A stretch of DNA of 63,769 nucleotides, filler included, from Octopus bimaculoides (taxonomy: Eukaryota), in the NCBI RefSeq assembly GCF_001194135.2. It is 6 parts of 6 records of this genome, joined end to end, with 100 filler letters (N's around TTAATTAATTAA, not from the genome) between each part and the next. Parts side by side here need not be neighbours in the genome. Positions count along the whole stretch, not along the records: positions 17,466 to 32,950 come from NC_068988.1; positions 33,051 to 36,117 come from NC_068989.1; positions 36,218 to 61,006 come from NC_068996.1; 3 more parts are not named here. One strand, 5' to 3'. The notes below the pieces were generated by a model. That model saw only the letters and a list, made by a program, of their open reading frames with translations, was not told the DNA's origin and did no database searches. Below are positions 26,478 through 37,240 of the stretch, piece by piece; positions within the stretch are counted from its first letter, which is position 1; the number at the start of each line of letters is the position of its first letter. A program made the position numbers and the translations under genes.

Positions 26478-28173
26478 TGTTATACAACTGCTAATCTTAA
26501 AAAGCCATAAAGTTCTGCTATTTTGTTCATGTAACAGAAAGTTTCTCTAAGATATTATGCTAATATTGTAGATAAAATTATATAAAACAAACCTTCACAT
26601 TTACATTCATTGTCTGCCACAAATATTACAAATTTCCACTTACATGTTCTCGAACTTTAAAGATTTTATGCAGTTACTCACAGTGCGGAATAACAGATCA
26701 TGTTTCTTTAAAAACGCCAGAAAGACACATCGTGAAACAAGGTGACTTTCTCAAGGGCAGAAATAATCAACAAAGTCTTCAAACATTTAGCAAATCCACT
26801 TAAACAATAGCACCATGTGTCGTCGAGAAGTCGGCAGTAGTCGGTCATAGGTAGTTGTGTCTTACTTGACTAACTAACTATATTGCTCTACTGGAGTAGA
26901 CGTTATAACAGTCTGACGTCGGATTACAATAATTACACACACACACACACACACTAGATAACCTGTAAGTGTATTTAGGAGAACATATCGTTTTCCAGTT
27001 CGATCTTACAGTGATTGTATCAGCCAGACAGGTCTACTCATAGGGTGTTTTGATTTTTATGAATGTATTGCAACCGAACAGATTAGACGCTGGCATGTTG
27101 ATCTACACATAACATCTGGAATAAGCAGTGACTGTAAGGCAGTATATTATCTGATTCAGTTTTCTTCTGCAGCTGTATGAAAGCACCACCACTTGTTGGC
27201 GTCACCAATTTTTCTGTAGCTGGGAATTGACAACTGGTGCCAACTGTTAATGTAAACTGCTATTTCTAGCGTCAGATGTCCACAGTTGCACATATAAGAA
27301 GACGATGAAATCTGCTGGGATTTTTGGCAACAAAAGACAAATACTATTGTTACTACGAGCGACAAATGTTGAGAGAGTTTAAATGTTATTGTTCTTGGTG
27401 CAATTGTCATAGTATTCAAAAACTTACTGCTAGTCGTTGTATTTCTGTAGGCGGTATTTCCTTATGTTGATATCAGCTCGATTCAGTCACTGCTAGTGAC
27501 TGTTTACTGTTCATTCACCGTGTTGCCTCATGCTCTTTCTGCTGTATTCCAAAGCCCTCTAGTTAGTGGTCGCTTGTGTGTCGATTTATACTGATCAATG
27601 GACTCCAGAAGGAGTGCGCCAAAAGTTACAATTATCACTGGAATCATTTTCACGATCATGTGGGTGACATTCCAGCAAATCATGGCATCGGGTGATTGCT
27701 GAATATTTCACTACACTTTGTTACCTAAAAATAAAGAGAAATTGATGACATGCCCCTTTTCTATTACTTTTGTGGTTTAGTATATTGAAAAGGCATCCAT
27801 CTACGCCACCAGGGTAGAACATGGATTTATCATGGTGCTATTGCTTAAGTGGATTTGCTAAATGTTTCAAGACTTTGTTGATTATTTCTGCCCTTGAGAA
27901 AGTCACCTTGATTCACTATGTGTCTTTCTGGCGTTTTTAAAGAAACATGGTCTGTTTTTTTTTTTAACATTGCTAGTAACTGCATAAAATCTTCTAAGTT
28001 CGAGAACATGTAAGTGGAAATTTGTAATATTTGTGGCAGACAATGAATGTAAATGTGAATTTTTTAAATATAATTTTGTCTACAATATTAGCATAATATC
28101 TTGAAAAAACTTTCTGTTACATGAACAAAATAGTAGAACTATATGGCTTTTTAAGATTAGTAGTTGTATAACA
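26478..28173. mobile_element. Non-autonomous DNA transposon-like element with ~340-bp terminal inverted repeats
   Basis: 26478-26817 is the reverse complement of 27831-28173 with scattered substitutions and small indels; no transposase recognised in the ~1-kb spacer. Confidence 0.85.
27428..27724 (-). other. Candidate exon inside the inverted-repeat element, with a 51-aa ORF (27528-27683)
   Basis: Acceptor TTCTCTTTATTTTTAG and donor GCA|GTAAGT. Confidence 0.35.
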
Positions 28174-28594
28174 ATATATATTTAAGCAGAAAACAATATA
28201 TTTACCTTAAAAGCAGTAGTAGTGACTCTTTCATGACTGACGTTTTTTGTAAAATAGCTTAGCCATTTTAAAGATAAGTACTATTGCATAATAGAAGGAA
28301 CTGTATTAAATAAATTGAAATACATTCACAACAAAAACACCCCTTCTACTGACTGAAGGCTTTAATAAATCTATCACTATTAATATTACTATTCTCTTTC
28401 ATATTCCAAACATTACCCACTAGGCAAAATAAATTTGACCAAAAATAAAACATAAGCCATATGTTTACTTACCTTGCATGTGTTAACTCAATGAGTAAAT
28501 TGAAGTAATTAACTTTTTGTTAAATTTCCACTAGCAGCTTATTGGAAAAGTTCTTAAGGGTGTCAAATAGGAAACCATTCAGAGTTTTTTAGGA

Positions 28595-28670
28595 TTCTCT
28601 GGGTTCAAATCCCACCGAGGTCAACTTTTGCTTTTCATTCTATCAGGGGGTCGATAAAAGAGTACCTGTA
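28595..28670 (+). mobile_element. SINE family B fragment
   Basis: GGGTTCAAATCCCACCGAGGTCAACTTTTGCTTTTCAT..GGGTCGATAAAAGAGTACC. Confidence 0.7.
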
Positions 28671-31319
28671 CAGCTCAGTGAAATTGCAAGACTAAAAGAA
28701 TCAGAGGCCAAATGCATTATGGTGATTGTCCTATCTCTTTGCTTTTTGACTTCAAACCCTTCTTTGCCTACTTTTGCAGTATACATAATAAGTCGCCTGG
28801 TCTAGCTCCACTACATAGACCCCAAGATATAGATAAAAAAAATAGGCTATAAGATAAAAATATATCACCTGACAATTGTCTTGATCTGATCCTGTGATAG
28901 ACAGACGGATGGATAGTAAGTATGTCCCTATTTATAACACAGATTACATATCTGAATATAAAAGAAATGTTTGTAAGCACTTACTACAGACTTAAAATAT
29001 CTATTCCAGAAAGTTCTAGTGAGATGGTGAAAGCATATAATAAAACATAATAAAACTGATGCATGCATGTGTGTGCATATATATATCTCAGGTTACTATT
29101 TCTTTGAAAAGCTCATATGGATTGAAACATATGGCCATCTGTAATGAATTATATTGAATTTAATGTAACATATACTAATATGAACACACACACATTAATA
29201 TATGAAGGTGAATATGTGTGTGTATGCAAACAAAATTTCCTTTGTTTTTATCTCAACCACAGCAACATAATTTTTTAGTTGTATTTGACATCTCTTTCAT
29301 GAGTGATAATCATTTCACCTCTGACCCACTGAAAGCTAAATTGGGCATTTAACGGGAAGTTTTTCCTGAAAGACTTTCAATTTAACTAAACAATTTCATA
29401 AACAAACCAATAGAAAAAAAAAAAAGAGTTTACAAATAAATAAAATTATGAGTATAAGGGCAGAAAAAGAGCAACAAGAAATTTTAATTAAATAAATAAA
29501 TATATCAGATAAAAAACATGCAATGAATTACAAAGGATGTAATGAATTAGACTGAATAAAATAAAGAAAACAATAAAATGCACGCTTGATTTATTTATTT
29601 ATTTTATTTTTTGTGTAAATATTTGAAAAACATGTAATTTTGTGTTTTGGTTTGTTATGATGTTGTCTTATCAGCTGATGTTAGGGTGTAGCCATTGTAT
29701 GGTTGAACGAACTAAGTGAATGTCCTAGTTTAGATTAAACCAGTTTCCTAATGTATCTAATATGATTTTGTGAGGGCAAAAACCGTACAACCTTTAATTT
29801 CTTCTCCTTGATATGAAGGAGGCATCATGTTTATATAAAATTTATCAAAAGTACGATCTAGGATCAAATCTCGGAATAATTCACATTGTCATATGTTGAA
29901 CCAGCTAAGAAAATAATTATAATTTCTTATTTTGGGATTGAAAAATTGATTTGAAATAAATCTAGTTTATTCAGTTGGATCAATTCATGATAATTTCAAT
30001 ACTACCAAGAAACACATTTTTTATAAAATTATTTAAAAAATTATTCTGTGCCAAAGTAAGAAATGATAAATTGTTGATATTAGATCATTTATTTTATCAG
30101 TTAGTGTTGTAATAAGAAAGTGTTGTAATAGTTGTAATGGTGTCGTAAGAGGAAAGCCTTCCTAAGCCAACTTCACCTTTTGTCTTTCAGAGGTCTGCAG
30201 AAATAAGCAAAATTAATTTCTGAATTTAATATTGTCTACTGTGGTTATCCATCACATTCACATGTAACCTACTCCTACATCTAAGGATGGCATTACTACT
30301 AAGTACAGAAGATTTAGAAACTTCACCACATGCAAAGACATTTACAAATTAGGTATCAATTAATGGCAAACATCACAAAATGTCTTCTGAACATTTTAAA
30401 AGTTGTCAGAATAACTTATTGCTAATTGGAAACCAATAATTTCTTGGTGAAGAGCAACCTTTACCTATTGCAACAGCTATTGCTGTGGGGGATCAATGGA
30501 TTGCATATTAAATATAAAATTGACTTGTAATGGCAATTACAAATTCTAAATGCAATCACTCAAATTGCAAATCTCTTTGTCTCACAAAAGTTTCCAGTTG
30601 TACTTTGCTTTCCCTGACTGCTAGGTTAGATAGAAGAGAAGACACTTCAAGGCAAAATAGTAGAGCAAGGGTTAATGAGAGGAAAATAGCAATGATGATG
30701 AGGATAATATTTGTGTTGAGGAGATAAATATTTATATGAAATACACTTTCACTCATATACTTCTCACACGAATACCCTTCTAAAATTACATGAAGATATT
30801 ACAGATAGCTGAGAGAAAAGAAACTAGACTCTTAGAGAAATGTCTCAGTATATGGATCTAGTTAATGTTAATCTGATTGTCCATTACAATAATCTGCTAA
30901 TAAAACATCTAGAATTTTCCAGATATACTTTTATTCTTTTAGCTGGGTCAGTAATTAGCTGCAGCCATACTAGGTCAACCTGTTGATTTACAGCTTAGAA
31001 ATGGCTTTAGTTGATTGAATGGCCTCTAGTACTGACTTTATCAATGTCAAATTACTGAATGGTTAAAACATTTGTTGATATACTATGATACTTGACATAT
31101 ACATTCACATCAAAATACACACAGAGGCACATATATGTACACATTCATAAGCTTACGAATGCATATGCAAAGATAGATACTTAAGTATATATATATATAT
31201 ATATAGTATAACGCTCGGGAATTGAAAAAGTCTTTAACGTTTTGAGCCTATGCTCTTCCACAGAAAGGAACACAGAAACAAAGAAGGAGAGAAAAAATGT
31301 GTGTAGTGGTTAGCGATCT

Positions 31320-31369
<50 letters not shown>

Positions 31370-31384
31370 AACACTCACTTACAT

Positions 31385-31680
31385 AGGCACAGGAGGGGCT
31401 GTGTGGGAAGTAGCTTACTTACCAACCACATGGCTCCAGGTTCAGTCCCACTGTGTGGCACCTTGGGTAAGTATCTTCTACTGTAGCCTTAGGCCAAAAA
31501 AGGACCGAGTGGATTTGGTTGATGGAAACTGAAAGAAGCAGTCATATATATATGTGTGTGTGTGTTTGTGTATGTTTGTGTGTCTCTGTTTGTCCACCCA
31601 ACATCGCTTGACAACTGATGCTGGTGCATTTACGTCCCTGTAACTTAGTAGTTTAGCAAAAGAAACTGATAGAATGAGGA
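31385..31680 (+). mobile_element. SINE family A, CpG-decayed, 3' end replaced
   Basis: Matches family A with several CpG to TpG/CpA changes. Confidence 0.8.
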
Positions 31681-31689
31681 TAGAATGCT

Positions 31690-32030
31690 GTCCAACTGGC
31701 TGCCGTGCCAGTAGAACATAAAAAGCACCATTCAAGCATGGTCATTGCTAGTGCTGCTTGACTGGCTCCCGTGCCAGTGGCACATAAAAATCATAATTCC
31801 AACATTATCGATGCCAGTACCGCCTGACTGGCCCTCATGCCGGTGGTATATAAAAAGCACCAACTACACTCTCAAAGTGATTAGTGTTAGGAAGGGCACT
31901 CAGTTGTAGAAATTTTGCCAGATCAGATTGGAGCCTGGTGCGGCCTTCTGGATTGCCAGTCCTCAGTCAAACCATCCAACCCATGCCAGCATGGAAAGCA
32001 GACATTAAACGACGACGATGATGATGATAT
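31690..32030 (+). mobile_element. SINE family C 3' part with three ~66-bp internal repeats and RTE-like tail
   Basis: CTGGC..CGTGCCAGTGG.ACATAAAAA three times; tail CCCATGCCAGCATGGAAAGCAGACATTAAACGACGACGATGATGAT. Confidence 0.7.
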
Positions 32031-32039
32031 ATACATATA

Positions 32040-32188
32040 TATATGATAGGGCTTCTTTCAGTTTCTGTCTACCAAATCAACTCTCATGGCTTTGGTCAGC
32101 CTGAGACTATAGTAGCAGACACTTGCCCATGGTGCCATGCACTCAGACTCGTGTGGTTAGGAAGCAAGCTTCTTACCACACAGTCACT
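32040..32188 (-). mobile_element. SINE family A head half, CpG-decayed
   Basis: GGGCTTCTTTCAGTTTCTGTCTACC...CTTCTTACCACACAG. Confidence 0.75.
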
Positions 32189-32590
32189 TATATATGTAGA
32201 GTTGTAAGAATATGTATATTGATTTGTTTATGTGCATGTATGTCTAATTGTTAGGACATGTGCGTATATACATTGATAGATGCATAAGTATACGTATACA
32301 TTATATACATGGAAATACTAATTTTGACCCTGATTAGGTGTCATTATTATTAAAGTACCTTGAATGAATTGAAACGTACGAATAATTCATAATATGCATA
32401 TTATAACTGTTAATACCGACATATTTTTCTCTGTTCAATTTTTCTTCGTATCTCATCTCTTCCTGTAGAAGAGCATAGGCTCAAAACATCAAAGCCTATT
32501 CTATTCTTCCCGAGCATCAAACTAATATATCTGCTTGTTGTTCCCTCACCTGTCTTTGTCTCTTGCTTTCTGTACATTTGAACCACACAG

Positions 32591-32623
<33 letters not shown>

Positions 32624-32862
32624 CACACACACACGTTTCTTATTAATAATCAGCAGAATTTACTGAGCGACTCAAGGACTAAGAATTTCATGTGTGGCAC
32701 TTATCAATATGTGAAACTCTTGGCCCTTGAGTCACTCCATAATTTGTGCTAATTATCGATGAAAAAGAATAAACATATAATCATGCTTTGTATTTTTGTT
32801 TGCATACATACGTGTGTTTCTGTGTGTGTATGTGTGTGTGTTTGTATATATGTATATACATA

Positions 32863-32950
<88 letters not shown>

Positions 32951-33148
32951 NNNNNNNNNNNNNNNNNNNNNNNNNNNNNNNNNNNNNNNNNNNNTTAATT
33001 AATTAANNNNNNNNNNNNNNNNNNNNNNNNNNNNNNNNNNNNNNNNNNNNATTTAAGAGATGAGGAATAGCATATGGGAACCGGTATTGAGGAAGGATAG
33101 AAAAATAATAGATTTATAAACCTTAAAATTCACCCCATAATTGCCCAC

Positions 33149-33388
33149 GGGCATATGGCGTAGTGGTTAAGAGCGCGGGCTACTAACCTCAAGGTTCCGA
33201 GTTCGATTCACGGCAGCGACCTGATTAATAATAGTATTAATAATAATAATAATATAATAATAGTAACATCGTTAGGAATGAGAACCCAGGTTCGAAATTT
33301 CCCCAAGACACCTGACGAAGGCTGGAGGGTATATCAGCCAAAACGTTGTGTTAACAATAAACAAGATGAGGACAAATATCCGTCAAAT
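33149..33388 (+). mobile_element. tRNA-headed SINE (family E) with a hammerhead-like 3' domain
   Basis: A box TGGCGTAGTGG (33156-66), B box GAGTTCGATTC (33199-209), (AAT)n spacer, then the hammerhead motif; second copy at 34053. Confidence 0.8.
33307..33352 (+). ncRNA. Minimal type I hammerhead ribozyme, G12A
   Basis: GACAC-CTGACGA-A-GGCTG loop CAGCC-AAAA-CG-TT-GTGTT; stem III is the palindrome ACGT. Confidence 0.7.
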
Positions 33389-33644
33389 AGCCCCTATTGA
33401 AGAGAATTATTTATGTGTATTAATGCTTCGCTCAGGAATTGCAATACTAGTAACGTGCTGTTACACTCAATATACGCTTCAGAATACAGCGTTAGTTGAG
33501 CACAGAACATAATAAATTAAATGACAATGGAACTAAAAATGTTCTGAGTGCATTGCATCTGACAGCAGAAACAGCTCTAAGCTTATGAAGTTCACTGCAT
33601 AATTTTCAGTTCTTTCGTCATTTATTTACTTTCATATATATATA

Positions 33645-33990
33645 TATTCTTTTATTTGTTTGTCATTTGACTGCGGCCATGCTGGAGCACTGAATTTACT
33701 CAAGCAAATCGACCCCCAGGACTTATTCTCATTCTTTGTAAGCCTTATTGTATCAGTCCCTTTGCTGAACCGCTAAGTTATGGGCACGTAAATACACCAG
33801 CATTGGTTGTCAAGCGATGTTTGGGGGACAAACATACACACATATATATGACGGGATTCTTTCAGTTTCTGTCTACCAAGTTTTTGGTGGGCCCGAGGCT
33901 ATAGTATAAGACACTTGTCCAAGGTGTCATGCAGTGGGACTGAACCCGGAACTACGTGGTTGGTAAGCAAACTACTTACCACACAGCCAC
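33645..33990 (-). mobile_element. SINE family A
   Basis: Both halves present, partly CpG-decayed. Confidence 0.85.
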
Positions 33991-34052
33991 ATCTATCTAT
34001 CTATCTATCTATCTATCTAATGCTGATCTTTATATCCTACTTAACATACAAG

Positions 34053-34245
34053 TCTTAACCCTAAGATCCCGAGTTCGATTCCAGGCAGTGACCTGAATAA
34101 TAATAATAGTAATAATAACAACATCCAAAAATATCTTAGGAATGAGAACCCAGGTTCGAAATTTCCCCAAGACACCTGAAGAAGGCTTGGAGGGTATATC
34201 AGCCAAAACGTTGTGTTAACAACAAACAAGAAATTGTAAATAATG
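34053..34245 (+). mobile_element. Family E SINE, 5'-truncated second copy
   Basis: B box GAGTTCGATTC, (AAT)n, TTAGGAATGAGAACCCAGGTTCGAAATTTCCCCAAGACACCTGA. Confidence 0.8.
34171..34217 (+). ncRNA. Minimal type I hammerhead ribozyme, G12A (second copy)
   Basis: GACAC-CTGAAGA-A-GGCT..AGCC-AAAA-CG-TT-GTGTT. Confidence 0.65.
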
Positions 34246-34254
34246 AATATACAT

Positions 34255-34565
34255 ACAAGGCAGCGAGCTGGATAAATTAAGTACCAGTAGTGTACTGGGG
34301 GGGTCGATGTAATCGATTGGCCACCTCTCCAAAAAGTAGAAAAGAATATATATGTACAAGGCAGTGAGCTGGTAGAAACATTAGCACACCAGGCAAAATG
34401 CTTTGTGGTATTTCGTCTGTCTTTATGTTCTGAGTTCAAATTCTGCTGAGGTCGACTTCGCCTTTCATCCTCAAATTAAGTACCAGTTGCGTACTGAAGT
34501 TGACCTAATCAACTGGCCCCCACCTCCCAAAAAATTTCAGGCCTTGTGCCTAGAATAGAAAAGAA
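34255..34565 (+). mobile_element. SINE family B head-to-tail pair (first copy internally deleted)
   Basis: Two AAGGCAG.GAGCTGG starts joined after GTAGAAAAGAATAT. Confidence 0.75.
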
Positions 34566-34614
34566 TATACGTACACATTCACACAGTTTATATATGTACA
34601 TATATATGTGTAAG

Positions 34615-35100
34615 AAGCTTGCTTCCCAACCACATGGTTCTGGGTTCAGTCTCACGGCGTGGTACCTTCGGCAAGTGTCTTCTACTATACCTTCGGGCTG
34701 ACCAAAGCCTTGTGAGTGGATTTGGTAGACAGAAACTGAAAGCCCATCTTATATATATGTATATATATATATTTATTTATGTATGTAGCTATGTGTGTGT
34801 CTGTGTCCCTCCATAACTGCTTGACAACCAATGTTGGTGTCTTTATATCCCCGTAACTGAGCAGTATGGCAAAAGAGACCGATGGAATAAGTACTAGGCT
34901 TAAAAAAATAAGTCCTGGGGTCAATTTGACTAAAATCCTTCATGGCTGCAGTCAAATGACTGAAACAAATAAAACACACACACACACATATGATGGGCTT
35001 CTTTCAATTTCCATCAACCAAATCCATTTACTCAGAGTTAGATTGAACCTAAAATCATGTAGATGGGAAGCAAACTTAACCACACAGCTACGATTGTGCC
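34615..35100. mobile_element. SINE family A (plus, 34615-34972) and an inverted degenerate head (34988-35100)
   Basis: Family A motifs with CpG decay. Confidence 0.8.
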
Positions 35101-35563
35101 TTTTTGTTATATATATATACATACATATATATATAAAACATACGTAAAGAACAAAAACACAAAGTAACTGTATATACATATGTGTATATATATTTTATAT
35201 ATATATATGTCTTTATTATTTAAACAGTTTTTGTTTTTTTTTGCTGGTGTCTTGTAGTGATATAATAAATTCTAAAAGAACCTGAAGATGAAGATAAGAT
35301 GAAGGGAAGAAAACAGCAGAATCACCTTTCACATTCTCCAGTGAGTCTGGTGTCAACAGTTATATAATAAAACATACGTGAATGTGTTTATAGACATACA
35401 TTTTATATAGATATATATATTACACATAGCTATACACTAAGATTTATAATATATATATATATCAAAACACATCCACAGACATCCACCACCATTCAGTACA
35501 AGAAAGTTTGGTTGTTGCTGCTGCTGCTTCTGTTGTGATGCACAATAATTATAATGATGGTAC

Positions 35564-35661
35564 CTAAAAGTAACTGCAACTGTCGAAGATGCTTCATCAT
35601 GAGTGATTTATTTCCACTGTTTCTTGATGGACATGTTCTTTTCAGAGTCCTTCTGCATCAC
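35564..35661 (-). other. Candidate exon of a minus-strand transcript
   Basis: Acceptor ATCTATTTCCAG, donor TAG|GTACC (weak); stops in all three frames. Confidence 0.3.
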
Positions 35662-35980
35662 CTGGAAATAGATATTATATACATATGTAGAGATTTTTAA
35701 AAAAAGGTGTTGAAACCACAACGGTATCCAATTGGCAGCTGATGAGGGAGGGTTTTGTTAATAATGGTTTTCTGTTTGATTTGTTTTACTTACCTAGGAT
35801 AGTGTAGGTTCTTATCTTTTATTGTTCCCTGACAACATATGCATTAGGACTTAATGTGGAAATCTTACAAGAGGGTGATACTGTTTTTGTAAATAGCTGT
35901 AGTTTATCAAGATTAAAATATGGTTACATGGCAAGCAGTTGAGAGTAACCTCAAAGTTTTGGCCTGCTTAGCTTTCATGG

Positions 35981-36018
35981 GACTGCCTGACAAAGGTTAG
36001 CAGACCGAAACTTTAGTC
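35981..36018 (+). ncRNA. Degenerate minimal hammerhead motif
   Basis: GACTGC-CTGACAA-A-GGT tagcag ACC-GAAA-CTTT-AGTC; G8A and damaged stem III. Confidence 0.45.
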
Positions 36019-36217
36019 ACTCCTCAAGTAAAAAGATAATATCCAAGAAGTAGAGCAATTCTTTTATGTCAAATTGCTTTTACTGTAACTCTACACAAAA
36101 ACAAACACTGATATATANNNNNNNNNNNNNNNNNNNNNNNNNNNNNNNNNNNNNNNNNNNNTTAATTAATTAANNNNNNNNNNNNNNNNNNNNNNNNNNN
36201 NNNNNNNNNNNNNNNNN

Positions 36218-37235
36218 TTTGTAGGTGTTCTACCTTTACATTTGTACCAATCGTTTTGAGCCACGTTGGTAGTTGAGTGCTGATAATTCCAAGTGCACCA
36301 ATTACCGTTGCTATCATGTCTATTCTCTTCATTGAACACAACCTTCGTATATCCCAATTCAAATCGTCATAGTTGTTTATTTTCTCTTCTTCTTTTCACA
36401 TTTATTCTGTTGTCACCGGGGCATGCTATGTCGATTACATACAAGTTTTTCGCTTAAATTCCTCACAACAATGCCAGATTTCCGATGTCTGGTCAGGTGA
36501 TCGGACTGAATCATTACCTTCCACAGGATTTTGCTATCTTAATTCTCGGTGACTTCTTTTTGGGGTTTACTCATACCACATCTTTGCTCTTTTTAGGCTG
36601 TGATTTCCATAGAGCTTCCAATGGATCATTTTTGTCACATTGTTATGTCTTTTGTAATCGCGTTGTGCTAATTTCAGGCATTCGCTAACCGTTTCACCCA
36701 TACCGTTTCACCTTTCTTGCAACACAATTTGTGTGTTTGTTCTTTTCCTCTTAAGTTATTCTTTCTTTACACAATTATCAATTTTGATGACGCCAGACTT
36801 CTTCGCATGTTTCAACAATTGTTTCACGGTACTACTCACATACCACACTAAGCTGCTTATCTCTGCTTCGATACAATCCTAGCAACTGATCAAACTTCTC
36901 CCACTCTTTCTTCTGGACAAGTATCGATTTCACTCTTAGGGTGGAAGGCTCTGTGCACTGTCAAGTCTTCGTATACATGTTCATCAGGTCTTTCTGTTGC
37001 TAGTTTATGATGCCAGCTCCATACCAAAGTGATGCTAGGAAATATTCCTTTCTCAGTTTTTTTGTTTCCTTTTCCATGATTTCTTTGCACTCTAGTATGC
37101 AAAAGTATTTGTAGCCTTCCGTTTCAATTTGTGTAATCAGTTCTCTATTAATTAATTTTATCTCTACTAGGGACTGTACCTTGCCTTTTTTGAAGTACAT
37201 TATTCCACACTTCTTGAGTCCAAATTCCATTCTAA
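36218..37235 (-). mobile_element. Degenerate R4/Dong-like (RLE-type) non-LTR retrotransposon, 5'-truncated
   Basis: MEFGLKKC, AFHPKSEID, IDIACPGDNR-like and RRLCSMK..VIGALGII remnants. Confidence 0.75.
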
Positions 37236-37240
37236 TAGCG

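Noticed and set aside
30556-30756. 66-aa ORF with an apparent transmembrane helix
   Set aside because: The hydrophobicity comes from a pyrimidine-rich tract; no homology recognised.
33149-33224. Genuine tRNA gene (also 16215-16295)
   Set aside because: No proper acceptor stem closure; continues into a SINE body.
35485-35602. C/D box snoRNA (minus-strand ATGATGA..CTGA)
   Set aside because: No terminal stem; overlaps a candidate splice junction and a CAG repeat.
35712-35752. Type II hammerhead arrangement GAAA..GTA..CTGATGA
   Set aside because: Stems I and II do not pair in register.
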